Shown one piece after another: positions 19,956 through 29,530 of a stretch of 64,000 nt of DNA. Numbering within the stretch: position 1 is the stretch's first letter; each line of letters opens with the position of its first letter. The notes under the pieces were generated by a model, which was given only the letters and a program-made list of their open reading frames with translations, did not search any database and was not told the origin of the DNA. Made by a program: the position numbers and the translations under genes. The stretch is from a virus. The stretch is taken from IMG/VR virus record IMGVR_UViG_3300021961_000023, one strand, 5' to 3'.

Positions 19956-20507
19956 ATGGCACATAGACCAGTTGGTATTTCATCTTCAATAGCAATAAGT
20001 GCAACTTCTGCACAGTCTTCAGCATTTTCTGTTCAATCAGATGTTCTAAGACTTGTTGCTGTTGGAGCAGGAGCTCATGTTGCGATTGGAACGGAACCAA
20101 CTGCAACCACTGCTAGTTATTATATTGCAAGTGGGCAATCAGCAACTCTTGCATTAACCAAAGCATCAAATAGAGTTGTAGGTGTAATCACTGGAACAAC
20201 GACTACTATCATTTTCCCAGAAGGTACTCAGTGTCCATTTGGTGTTGGTGATTATGTTAGTCTGACTGCAAGTGGACAAGATTACTATAACTTTACACAT
20301 CAACCAGTTACAGCAGTTGATACTTCATCTAGTTTTAATGGATATCATCAAACTAGATGCACAATCGGAACTAATACAAGTGGGATTGTAACTGCATTTT
20401 CCTCACCAGATGCAACTTTAAGAAGTTCTCTCAAAGTTGCAGCAAGAACTGATACTGGAACAGGAGTTCTTCATTTACAACAAGTTCAATTATCAGGAAA
20501 CGCATAA
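19956..20507 (+). CDS. Hypothetical virion protein
   Basis: Ser/Thr-rich; TATAAATA at 19923-19930; coupled to g21. Confidence 0.65.
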   Translation: MAHRPVGISSSIAISATSAQSSAFSVQSDVLRLVAVGAGAHVAIGTEPTATTASYYIASGQSATLALTKASNRVVGVITGTTTTIIFPEGTQCPFGVGDYVSLTASGQDYYNFTHQPVTAVDTSSSFNGYHQTRCTIGTNTSGIVTAFSSPDATLRSSLKVAARTDTGTGVLHLQQVQLSGNA

Positions 20508-21157
20508 TGAAACTAATCAGAGAAGAAATCGAATCAGTAGAGTTTATCGTTGAGAATAAAAACGGTAAAAAATCACTGTATATTGAAGGTGTATTCCTTC
20601 AAGGCGATATTAAAAATCGCAATGGAAGAATGTATCCAATGGAGACTCTTCGCCGTGAAGTTGCTCGTTATAATGAGAATCATGTTGTTGCTGGAAGAGC
20701 ACTTGGAGAACTGGGTCATCCAGATGGACCAACAGTTAATCTTGATAGAGTTTCACACAAGATCGTTTCTCTAAAAGAAAGTGGATCTAACTTCATCGGT
20801 AAAGCAAAAATCCTCAGCACTCCTATGGGAAAAATTGCTGAGTCTTTAATCAGTGAAGGTGTAAAACTCGGTGTTTCTTCTCGTGGTATTGGTTCACTTG
20901 CTTTAAATAGGGAAGGGATCAATGTTGTTGGCGATGATTTCATGTTAGCAACTGCTGCTGATATTGTTGCCGATCCATCTGCTCCCGATGCTTTTGTTGA
21001 GGGAATCATGGAAGGAAAGGAGTGGATATGGGATGGCGGTATTCTTCGTGAAAGATATGCAATGAATACTCGCAAAAAGATCAATACACTCGTAGATCAA
21101 AGAATGCTTGATGAACAGAAACTAAATCTTTTCCAAGATTTTTTAGCAAATCTGTAA
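20507..21157 (+). CDS. gp21: Prohead core protease gp21
   Basis: NRNGRMYP, GELGHP, GVSSRGIGS and DIVADPSAPDA motifs. Confidence 0.96.
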   Translation: MKLIREEIESVEFIVENKNGKKSLYIEGVFLQGDIKNRNGRMYPMETLRREVARYNENHVVAGRALGELGHPDGPTVNLDRVSHKIVSLKESGSNFIGKAKILSTPMGKIAESLISEGVKLGVSSRGIGSLALNREGINVVGDDFMLATAADIVADPSAPDAFVEGIMEGKEWIWDGGILRERYAMNTRKKINTLVDQRMLDEQKLNLFQDFLANL

Positions 21158-21207
21158 TTTTATAAATAAATATAGATTAAAGTTATACAGTTAATCGGAG
21201 AGTTCAA

Positions 21208-22314
21208 ATGTCTCGTGGAGATTTACAAGAAATGGAGAATGGCACAAAGCAATCCAAAACTGCTGTCAATGCTGGTGCAAAAGCAGCGGAAGCAATGCCT
21301 AAGATGACTGATCCTGGAACCCAACTCGGTTCTATTGAGGATCTCGGTGGTCCTACCCCCGAAAACTACAAGTCTGATGATGACTCAGCAAAACTAAAAA
21401 CACCTGGAGCAACTCTGAAGCAAGTAAGAGATGTTGTTAACAAGGGTGCTAAAGCTGCTGATGCCATGAAGGGCATGAAAGAAGATGAAGATCTCGACGA
21501 CGAAGAACTCATTGAAGAAGAAACTGACGAGGAAACCATCGAGGAAGATTCTTCTTTCGATGAAGTTTCTGAGGAAGAAGTTGTAGAAGAGTATGACATC
21601 GAAGAAGATGTACAAGCACTTCTCAGTGGTGAAGAACTTTCCGAAGAGTTCAAAGAGAAAGCAAAAACAATCTTTGAAGCTGCACTTAATTCAAAAGTTG
21701 CCGAAATCAAAGAGGCAATGGAAGCTCAGTATGAGCAACAACTTCTTGAAGAAGTTGAAGAGATTAGAGTTGCGCTCTCTGAGCGTGTAGATTCTTATCT
21801 AGAGTACGTTGCTGATGAGTGGTTCCAAGAGAACGCTCTAGCAATCGAATACGGTCTTAAGACCGAAATGACTGAATCCTTCATCACAGGTATGAAGGAA
21901 CTTTTTGAAGCACATTATGTATCAATCCCTGAAGATAAATATGATGTTCTTGAGAGCATGGTAGAAAAACTTGATGATATGGAGACAAAACTCAACGAGC
22001 AGATCGAGAAAAATATTTCCCTCAACAAGCGTCTCTCAGAGTCGGTTGCTGATGGTATCTTTGAACAAGTTTCTGAAGGGCTTGCTGCCACTCAGAAAGA
22101 GAAGCTCGCTTCACTTGCCGAAAGTGTAGAGTTTGAAAGTGAGGAAAAATATCGTGAGAAGCTGGAGATGCTGAAGGAGTCATACTTCTTCAATAAGCAA
22201 ACTGCTCCAAAAGTTAAAGCAGAATCTCTTTCTGAAGGTGTAGACAATGCTCCTGAATCAGTTTCAGGTACAATGGCTGCATATCTGAAGACTTTATCTG
22301 CATTTAGCAAATAA
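21208..22314 (+). CDS. gp22: Prohead scaffolding protein gp22
   Basis: Acidic coiled coil; KAKTIFEAA and VDSYLEYV motifs; between g21 and g23. Confidence 0.92.
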   Translation: MSRGDLQEMENGTKQSKTAVNAGAKAAEAMPKMTDPGTQLGSIEDLGGPTPENYKSDDDSAKLKTPGATLKQVRDVVNKGAKAADAMKGMKEDEDLDDEELIEEETDEETIEEDSSFDEVSEEEVVEEYDIEEDVQALLSGEELSEEFKEKAKTIFEAALNSKVAEIKEAMEAQYEQQLLEEVEEIRVALSERVDSYLEYVADEWFQENALAIEYGLKTEMTESFITGMKELFEAHYVSIPEDKYDVLESMVEKLDDMETKLNEQIEKNISLNKRLSESVADGIFEQVSEGLAATQKEKLASLAESVEFESEEKYREKLEMLKESYFFNKQTAPKVKAESLSEGVDNAPESVSGTMAAYLKTLSAFSK

Positions 22315-22364
22315 TTGAATTTTATATAATATTCAAACCCAAACATTCACAAAGGTAACCCGCA

Positions 22365-23786
22365 ATGTTTCATTCCGAACAATTGCAGGAAAAGTGGGCA
22401 CCTCTCCTCAACTATGAGGGTCTTGACACAATCAAAGATCCCCATCGTAGAGCGGTAACCGCCGTCCTGCTAGAGAACCAAGAAAAATTCCTCCGTGAGC
22501 AATCTGCATTCGAGCAGGCTGGATCATTCCTCTCCGAGGCACCAACCAACGCTGTTGGTAATGGTGGTTTCACAGGTAGCGCAGCTGCTGCTGGCCCTAC
22601 CGCTGGTTTCGATCCCGTTCTGATCTCGCTGATCAGACGTTCAATGCCAAACCTGGTCGCTTATGACCTGGCTGGTGTTCAACCAATGAGTGGTCCTACT
22701 GGACTCATCTTTGCAATGCGTTCACGCTACATCAATCAGACTGGCTCTGAAGCCTTCTTCGATGAAGTAGATACCGCATTCTCTGGTCAACCACAAGGTC
22801 GTGACGACGCAAACGGTTTCGTTGACGTTGCTGCTGGTCTTGGTACCACTGCTCAGAGCGGCACTAACCCTGCAGTTCTGAACCCAGTTGGCACTGCTGC
22901 TTCAACCGACTATAGAGTTGGTGAAGGTATGCGTACCGACTCTGCTGAGAATCTGGATGGTACAGGCAATGATGCCTTCAACCAGATGGCATTCAGCATC
23001 GAGAAGGTAACTGTTACTGCTAAGAGCCATGCTCTGAAAGCAGAATACAGCCTCGAGCTGGCACAAGACCTTAAGGCAATCCATGGTCTGAACGCTGAAG
23101 CGGAACTCGCCAACATTCTCTCCACTGAGATTCTGGCTGAGATCAACCGTGAAGTTATCAGAACCATCTACAAGGTTGCTGAGCAAGGTGCTGTACAAAA
23201 CACTGCTACCGCTGGTGTATTTGACCTCGATGTTGACTCCAACGGTCGTTGGTCGGTTGAGAAGTTCAAGGGTCTTCTGTTCCAAATCGAGCGTGATGCG
23301 AATGCTATCGCACAGCGTACTCGTAGAGGAAAGGGCAACATCATCATGTGTTCTGCAGACGTTGCTTCTGCACTGACCATGGCTGGTGTTCTCGACTACA
23401 CCCCTGCACTCAACGCTAACCTGAACGTTGATGATACTGGCAACACCTTTGCTGGTACTCTGATGGGCAAGTTCCGCGTATATATTGACCCATATGCTGC
23501 TAACTTGACTTCGAATAATGCTGGTCCAACAGGTGGTAACCAGTACTACGTTGTTGGTTATAAGGGCACTTCTCCTTATGACGCTGGACTCTTCTATTGT
23601 CCTTATGTTCCTCTCCAAATGGTTCGTGCCGTTGGTGAGAACAGCTTCCAGCCTAAGATCGGCTTCAAGACCCGTTATGGTCTTGTTTCCAATCCTTTCG
23701 CAGAAGGCACAAATCAAGGTCTGGGTCGTCTCCAAGTTAACAGCAACCGCTACTACAGAAGAGTTGCTGTTAAGAACCTCATGTGA
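22365..23786 (+). CDS. gp23: Major capsid protein gp23
   Basis: GVQPMSGPTGLIFAMR, ELAQDLKAIHG, YCPYVPLQ and FQPKIGFKTRYG motifs. Confidence 0.98.
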   Translation: MFHSEQLQEKWAPLLNYEGLDTIKDPHRRAVTAVLLENQEKFLREQSAFEQAGSFLSEAPTNAVGNGGFTGSAAAAGPTAGFDPVLISLIRRSMPNLVAYDLAGVQPMSGPTGLIFAMRSRYINQTGSEAFFDEVDTAFSGQPQGRDDANGFVDVAAGLGTTAQSGTNPAVLNPVGTAASTDYRVGEGMRTDSAENLDGTGNDAFNQMAFSIEKVTVTAKSHALKAEYSLELAQDLKAIHGLNAEAELANILSTEILAEINREVIRTIYKVAEQGAVQNTATAGVFDLDVDSNGRWSVEKFKGLLFQIERDANAIAQRTRRGKGNIIMCSADVASALTMAGVLDYTPALNANLNVDDTGNTFAGTLMGKFRVYIDPYAANLTSNNAGPTGGNQYYVVGYKGTSPYDAGLFYCPYVPLQMVRAVGENSFQPKIGFKTRYGLVSNPFAEGTNQGLGRLQVNSNRYYRRVAVKNLM

Positions 23787-23805
23787 TCTAAGTTCACATA
23801 TTTCG

Positions 23806-23831
23806 AGAGGGTCTTCGGACCCTCTTTTTTT
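23806..23831 (+). terminator. g23 terminator with cUUCGg tetraloop
   Basis: AGAGGGTC-TTCG-GACCCTCT followed by a T-tract. Confidence 0.92.
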
Positions 23832-23862
23832 ATCTAAATACAAATAAAGTAAAAGTAGTATT

Positions 23863-24021
23863 ATGAAACCTACTCCAAGAGAAACTCAAGAGGCGTATAA
23901 AAACTACGAAAAGGTTGTCAATCACCTTATTTCAGAAGGTTATGCCAATGATAAAGAATCTGCGGACAATATTATTAATGGCATGAGTGAAGAGTGGTTC
24001 AATATGATTATTTCTGAATAA
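23863..24021 (+). CDS. 52-aa late protein with LxxEGYA module (not in the ORF track)
   Basis: MKPTPRETQEAYKNYEKVVNHLISEGYANDKESADNIINGMSEEWFNMIISE*; late promoter at 23835-23840; stop overlaps the g3 ATG. Confidence 0.75.
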   Translation: MKPTPRETQEAYKNYEKVVNHLISEGYANDKESADNIINGMSEEWFNMIISE

Positions 24022-24617
24022 TGGCAAGATCTAAAACAAGATCAGTTTACGATAAGCAAATCCAGAATAGGAACTTTCTACAACCTACTGGATTTAAGTT
24101 TAGTCTGGAAAGATCTCCAAAAGTTGCATTTTTTTGTAACTCAGCAAACATTCCAGGAATGACTCTTGGTATTGCAAATCAACCGACATACTTAAGAGAT
24201 ATTCCAACACCAGGTGATAAAATTGAGTTTGAAGATTTAAATCTACGTTTTCTAGTTGACGAAGACTTTGAAAACTACATGGAGTTATATACATGGATTC
24301 GTGGTCTTGGATTCCCAGAATCAAGACAAGAAATATTTGATCTACAAAAAGAGTACAGAGAAAGAAAAGATTTTAAGTTAATAGCAGGCGGAGGAATGGA
24401 TATTTACTCCGATGGGACTTTGTTTATTTTAAATAGTAGTCAAAATCTAGAGTTCAAAGTAGTATTTGAAGACTTGTTTCCATACAGCTTGTCAACAATA
24501 CAGTTTGATGCTACAGACACTGGAATCGAATACTTTACAGCAGAGGTAAGTTTCAAGTATACTTTATTCCATGTAGTTACCCCAACTAACAAAAGGTTAC
24601 ATCCAAGAGAAACTTGA
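24021..24617 (+). CDS. gp3: Tail completion / tube terminator gp3
   Basis: NFLQPTGFKF, PGDKIEFEDLNLRFLVDEDFENY and FPYSLS motifs. Confidence 0.88.
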   Translation: MARSKTRSVYDKQIQNRNFLQPTGFKFSLERSPKVAFFCNSANIPGMTLGIANQPTYLRDIPTPGDKIEFEDLNLRFLVDEDFENYMELYTWIRGLGFPESRQEIFDLQKEYRERKDFKLIAGGGMDIYSDGTLFILNSSQNLEFKVVFEDLFPYSLSTIQFDATDTGIEYFTAEVSFKYTLFHVVTPTNKRLHPRET

Positions 24618-24629
24618 TTTTTTATTTTT

Positions 24630-25070
24630 ATGGTTATTGATCTTGAAGTGATTCAAAATATGTGGGTGAAAGATGCTGTGATTGATATGGATAATCTCCA
24701 TGAAGAATCCGCAGTTAAAACAAACTCTCTTCACGCAAAGTATTTTGAAATCTATAATAACATTTTGCTTTTAAAAAAGAAAGCAGAGCAACAAAGAAAA
24801 AACATTCGACATAACCGTTATGAATACTATTCAGGAAAAGCAGATCCTGATGTTTATATCGAAGACCCATTTCCCAAAAAAATCAGAGATAAAGATACAA
24901 TGCAAAAGTATCTTGATGCTGATGAAAAGTTATCTTCAATCAGTCTAAAGGTAGAATATTATGATGTTATGTTAAACTACGTAGAGAGTATTTTAAAACA
25001 AATTTCTAATAGAACATATCAGATTAAAAATGCTGTTGATTTCATGAAGTTTCAGGCAGGACTTGGATAA
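24630..25070 (+). CDS. uvsY: Recombination mediator UvsY
   Basis: LHAKY, YYSGKA and RTYQIKNAVDFMKF motifs; synteny. Confidence 0.88.
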   Translation: MVIDLEVIQNMWVKDAVIDMDNLHEESAVKTNSLHAKYFEIYNNILLLKKKAEQQRKNIRHNRYEYYSGKADPDVYIEDPFPKKIRDKDTMQKYLDADEKLSSISLKVEYYDVMLNYVESILKQISNRTYQIKNAVDFMKFQAGLG

Positions 25071-25693
25071 TGAAAGGAAAAGAAGTCGATTACTCAAATC
25101 ATGGTTGGATTGAAACTACTTTAGAACCAGAACATATTGTGTTCTTATGGCAAAAAATCGAAGAGAAAAAAGAATCTCTGAAGAATAATCTTGCAGGAAA
25201 TATTTCGGGAAGTTATGCCATTGAAGATACTGAGAACTATTTTTTCAACGAAGTTTTATCTCAACATGTAGAAGCATATACCCAACTTTACGGTGGACAT
25301 CCAATCAGAGATTATGCTTATGGAGACTTTAAACTTGAACTAGGAAAGTTTTGGGTTAACTATCAAAATAAACATGAGTTTAATCCATACCATCATCATG
25401 GAGGTGTTTATTCTTTTGTTGTTTGGATGAAAATTCCTACAGATTGGAGAGAACAAAATAATCTACCATTTTTAGATGGTGTAAAAGATGAAGACAGAAA
25501 GGTATCGATATTTGAGTTTGAATATCATGATATTCTTGGAAATATTCGTAACTATGGATATCGTTTAGATCCTACGTTCGAAGGAACCATGTTATTTTTT
25601 CCATCAGCACTAAGACATTGTGTTTATCCTTTCTTTAATAGTGACGAAGAAAGAATCTCAGTTTCTGGAAATCTTATTTTCAATCAGTGTTAA
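25070..25693 (+). CDS. 2OG-Fe(II) oxygenase-like protein
   Basis: WVNYQxxHEFNPYHHH, FFPSALRHCVYP and RISVSGN motifs. Confidence 0.8.
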   Translation: MKGKEVDYSNHGWIETTLEPEHIVFLWQKIEEKKESLKNNLAGNISGSYAIEDTENYFFNEVLSQHVEAYTQLYGGHPIRDYAYGDFKLELGKFWVNYQNKHEFNPYHHHGGVYSFVVWMKIPTDWREQNNLPFLDGVKDEDRKVSIFEFEYHDILGNIRNYGYRLDPTFEGTMLFFPSALRHCVYPFFNSDEERISVSGNLIFNQC

Positions 25694-25717
25694 ATAGTAT
25701 TGTGACGCACTGAACAT

Positions 25718-27187
25718 GTGAATAAGTCTGATATTATCATTACCAAATCAAACGAAGTTTACTTAAAGATCTCTACAGAACCTCATATTGAATATGAGCT
25801 TAGAGATCATTTTAAGTTTGAAGTTCCAAATGCAAAGTTCATGCCACAATATCGTGGTAGAAACTGGAATGGAGAAATACACTTATATGATATGAGATCC
25901 AAACAGATTTATGTTGGTCTGTTAGATAAACTTGTTAGTTTTTGTAAGCAATACGAATACACATATAGTTTTCAGGATAATAAGTTTTACGGTCTTCCAT
26001 TTGAAATCAACGAACTGATTTCCTATGAAGGTGTCAAAGATTATATGCAATCTATTTGTACTCATTCTCCACGGCAGTACCAAATAGAGGCAGTATATGA
26101 TGCATTAAGGCATAATAGAAAACTATTGATAAGTCCAACTGCATCAGGTAAATCGTTGATGATTTATTCTCTTGTAAGATATTACGTAAACAAAGGGCAA
26201 AGAATTCTTTTAGTTGTTCCGACGACATCTCTTGTAGAGCAGATGTATAAAGACTTCCAAGACTATGGTTGGGATGCTGAGTCATATTGTCATCGTGTAT
26301 ATTCTGGTCGAGAAAAATATTCTGAGTTACCAGTCACGGTAACAACTTGGCAGTCTATCTATAAGCTAGATCGATCTTTCTTTGAAGAGTATAACGTTGT
26401 TATAGGTGATGAAGCTCACCTTTTTAAAAGTAAGTCATTAATATCCATCATGACCAAACTTCATCATGCAAAATATAGATTTGGTTTTACTGGAACTTTA
26501 GACGGATCTCAAACTCACAAGTGGGTTCTGGAAGGATTATTTGGTCCATCGTATAAGGTTACTAGAACTTCTGAGTTAATGCAACAAGGGCATCTTTCAA
26601 AGTTAGATATTAACTGTCTTGTTTTAAAGCATGGTCCTAAAAAGTTTGAAACTTATAATGATGAGATTGAATATTTGATTGGACATCCTCAAAGAAATAA
26701 GTTTATCACCAATCTAGCATTAGATTTGAAAGGTAACACTCTGATTCTTTTTAGCAGAGTTGCTGCCCATGGTGAACCACTTTTTGAAATGATAAATAAG
26801 TTTAAAGGCGGCAATCGTAAAACCTTTTTCGTTCACGGTGGCGTTGATGCAGAAGATCGAGAACTAGTTCGTGAGATTACTGAGAGAGAAAACAACGCTA
26901 TCATTGTCGCTTCTTACGGAACCTTTTCTACTGGCATCAATATTAAAAACTTACACAACGTAATATTTGCTTCACCTAGTAAGTCCCGTGTCAGAAATCT
27001 TCAGTCAATAGGAAGAGTACTCAGAAAAGGTAAAGATAAAACAAAAGCAGTATTGTATGATATTGGTGATGACTGTAGTTATAACTCTAGAAAAAATTAT
27101 ACTCTGAATCACTTGATTGAAAGAATCAAAATCTACAACGAAGAAAATTTTAACTATGACATTGTAACAATAAACCTAAAAACATAG
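25718..27187 (+). CDS. uvsW: UvsW SF2 DNA helicase
   Basis: SPTASGKS, DEAH, GFTGT and QSIGRVLR motifs. Confidence 0.95.
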   Translation: MNKSDIIITKSNEVYLKISTEPHIEYELRDHFKFEVPNAKFMPQYRGRNWNGEIHLYDMRSKQIYVGLLDKLVSFCKQYEYTYSFQDNKFYGLPFEINELISYEGVKDYMQSICTHSPRQYQIEAVYDALRHNRKLLISPTASGKSLMIYSLVRYYVNKGQRILLVVPTTSLVEQMYKDFQDYGWDAESYCHRVYSGREKYSELPVTVTTWQSIYKLDRSFFEEYNVVIGDEAHLFKSKSLISIMTKLHHAKYRFGFTGTLDGSQTHKWVLEGLFGPSYKVTRTSELMQQGHLSKLDINCLVLKHGPKKFETYNDEIEYLIGHPQRNKFITNLALDLKGNTLILFSRVAAHGEPLFEMINKFKGGNRKTFFVHGGVDAEDRELVREITERENNAIIVASYGTFSTGINIKNLHNVIFASPSKSRVRNLQSIGRVLRKGKDKTKAVLYDIGDDCSYNSRKNYTLNHLIERIKIYNEENFNYDIVTINLKT

Positions 27188-27197
27188 GAGAACTCGT

Positions 27198-27599
27198 ATG
27201 GGTATAGAAGACGATTTTTATGCAACTATTAAGTTAGTTTCTGGTGAAGAGATATTTGCAAAAGTTGCAGCATCAGAAGAAGAAGATAAAACTCTTTTGA
27301 TTATCTCAAATCCTATTACTATTGGAGAGATTAAAACCAGAGTTGGCGTAGTGGGATATAAAATAGAACCTTGGTTAAAAACAACTAAAGAAGATTTGTT
27401 TATTATTAATCTAGATAAAGTTTTAACTATCTCTGAATCAAATGACATTGAGATGATTCAAATGTATAGAAAGTTTTTAAGAGATAGTAATGACGATGAC
27501 ACTCCATCACCATCATCAAGACTCTCTAGGAAAATGGGGTTATTAGGTAATATTGATGAGACTAAGAAAAGACTTGAAAAGATATTTAAAAGTAGCTAA
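27198..27599 (+). CDS. Conserved hypothetical protein (Sm-like N-terminus)
   Basis: IKLVSGEEIFA motif; SD AGGAG; conserved slot between uvsW and g55. Confidence 0.7.
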   Translation: MGIEDDFYATIKLVSGEEIFAKVAASEEEDKTLLIISNPITIGEIKTRVGVVGYKIEPWLKTTKEDLFIINLDKVLTISESNDIEMIQMYRKFLRDSNDDDTPSPSSRLSRKMGLLGNIDETKKRLEKIFKSS

Positions 27600-27625
27600 G
27601 CCTTATCTTCAAACCCAACAAAGGT

Positions 27626-27655
27626 ATTATAGTGACATTTGAGTACCCTTGTCAA
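27626..27655 (-). promoter_or_regulatory. Antisense sigma70-type promoter
   Basis: Minus strand reads TTGACA-N18-TATAAT, both hexamers perfect consensus. Confidence 0.55.
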
Positions 27656-27677
27656 GTATTGGAAAAAGTGTTACAAT
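27649..27677 (+). promoter_or_regulatory. Sigma70-type promoter for g55
   Basis: TTGTCA-N17-TACAAT with extended TG. Confidence 0.65.
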
Positions 27678-27703
27678 GATCATATTATAAATCAGTTATA
27701 CTT

Positions 27704-28204
27704 ATGATCACAAATACGTCAATCATGACCAGAAGGAAAAGATCTGAGCACTACGTTAATAACAAAGAGTTTCTTGCTGCTATAATCGAGTACAAGAAAA
27801 AGGTTGCCATTGCTGCTGAAAGGGGTGAACCGAAACCACGTATCACCAACTATCTTGGTGAGTGCTTTTTGAAGATTGCAACGCATTTATCCTTTAAGCC
27901 AAACTTTGTCAACTATATGTTTAAAGATGACATGGTTTGTGATGGTATTGAAAACTGTGTTCAATACATGCATAATTTTGATCCAGAGAAATCTTCTAAT
28001 CCATTTGCGTATTTTACTCAGATCATTCACTACGCTTTTCTTCGTCGTATTCAAAAAGAGAAAAAACAACTAGAGATTAAAAATAAAATCTTAGAAAAGA
28101 CTGGTTATGAGGAAGTATTTGTGGATAATAACACGGTTGACGGCAGCAACTATTCCGACTATAATTCTATTAAGGATGCCGTTCACTCAAAACTTCGCTA
28201 TTGA
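27704..28204 (+). CDS. gp55: Late-transcription sigma factor gp55
   Basis: HYVNNKEF and NPFAYFTQIIHYAFLRRIQKEK motifs. Confidence 0.95.
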   Translation: MITNTSIMTRRKRSEHYVNNKEFLAAIIEYKKKVAIAAERGEPKPRITNYLGECFLKIATHLSFKPNFVNYMFKDDMVCDGIENCVQYMHNFDPEKSSNPFAYFTQIIHYAFLRRIQKEKKQLEIKNKILEKTGYEEVFVDNNTVDGSNYSDYNSIKDAVHSKLRY

Positions 28205-29253
28205 TGAAAGTCGCTATTATTACAGACCAGCACTTTGGGTGTCGTAAAAACTCAAAAGTATTTCATGACTATTTCCTAAAGTTCTACAATGAAGTATTTT
28301 TCCCGACGCTAAAAGCGGAGGGAATCACCACAGTTATAGATATGGGTGATACTTTTGATAGTCGTAAAGGTATTGATTTTTCTGCTTTATCTTGGGCAAA
28401 AAACTATTATTATGATATCTTAGAAAAGATGGGAGTTACTGTCCATACAATCGTTGGGAATCACACTGCTTATTATAAAAACTCCAATGAAGTAAATGCT
28501 GTAGATTTACTTTTGCGTGAATATGAAAATGTGATCGTATACTCTGAACCAACGGAAGTAGTTCTTGGAAAACTTCCTACTCTTTTTATACCATGGATTA
28601 ATCAAGAGAATGAGAAAAAAACTTATAGCATTATTGAAAAGACAACTTGCATGTGTGCGATGGGGCACCTTGAACTCCGAGGATTTAATGCTAATCGATT
28701 CGTCGTCATGGAGCATGGTTATGAAAGCGAACTATTTAAGAAGTTCGATAATGTCTTCTCGGGACACTATCACACTAGAAGCTCAAAAGAAAACGTCAAA
28801 TATCTAGGTAATCCATATGAAATCTACTGGACTGATGTTGATGATACTCGTGGATTTCATATTTTTGATACAGATACTTTAGAACTGACTGCAGTAAACA
28901 ATCCATTTAAAATGTTTTACAAGATTGTTTATGAAGACACCCCGTATCAAACGTTTGATACAACAAAGTATGAAAATAAAATTGTAAAACTTGTCATTAG
29001 AAAAAGTACCAATGCAAAAAAGTTAGATAAGTTTGTTGAAAAACTTTATTCTGCAAACGTCGCTGAACTTAAGATAGTTCAGAACACTGATTTTGAGGGT
29101 TATTATCAAAGTCCTAACAATGAAGATTTTGAATCAGAAGATACAATGTCTATCTTGAATAGATATATTCAGGATGCAGAAGTTGACCTTGATAAATCTT
29201 TTATTCAAGGCATAATGCAAGAAATCTATCAAGAAGCTTGCGAGATGGTGTAA
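28204..29253 (+). CDS. gp47: Recombination endonuclease subunit gp47 (Mre11/SbcD-like)
   Basis: Phosphoesterase motifs TDQHFG, GDTFD, GNH and SGHYH. Confidence 0.94.
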   Translation: MKVAIITDQHFGCRKNSKVFHDYFLKFYNEVFFPTLKAEGITTVIDMGDTFDSRKGIDFSALSWAKNYYYDILEKMGVTVHTIVGNHTAYYKNSNEVNAVDLLLREYENVIVYSEPTEVVLGKLPTLFIPWINQENEKKTYSIIEKTTCMCAMGHLELRGFNANRFVVMEHGYESELFKKFDNVFSGHYHTRSSKENVKYLGNPYEIYWTDVDDTRGFHIFDTDTLELTAVNNPFKMFYKIVYEDTPYQTFDTTKYENKIVKLVIRKSTNAKKLDKFVEKLYSANVAELKIVQNTDFEGYYQSPNNEDFESEDTMSILNRYIQDAEVDLDKSFIQGIMQEIYQEACEMV

Positions 29254-29254
29254 G

Positions 29255-29530
29255 ATGCACATTCTAACTATCGAAGGTAAAGAAGAGGACGGAGCATACT
29301 CAGTAACAGATGAAATGGGGGAAAAGATCCTTTACATCTGGGAAGAAGAGGATGATGCTGTCCGTTTTGCTATGATGTTAGAAGATAATGGTTATCCAGA
29401 AATGAGTGTTGTAGAAGTTGAAGATGATTTACTTCTAAGGACTTGCGAAATGCACGACTATTCATATACAATAATAACCAAGAATGACTTTGTAATCCCC
29501 CCTGACGAAAAAGATAATGATCTTATTTAA
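29255..29530 (+). CDS. Conserved acidic hypothetical protein
   Basis: EEEDDAVRFAMML motif; between g47 and g46. Confidence 0.7.
   Translation: MHILTIEGKEEDGAYSVTDEMGEKILYIWEEEDDAVRFAMMLEDNGYPEMSVVEVEDDLLLRTCEMHDYSYTIITKNDFVIPPDEKDNDLI

Noticed and set aside
22902-23843. 313-aa minus-strand ORF antisense to g23
   Set aside because: In codon register with g23 and explained by avoidance of TTA/CTA/TCA in a highly biased gene; no recognisable motifs
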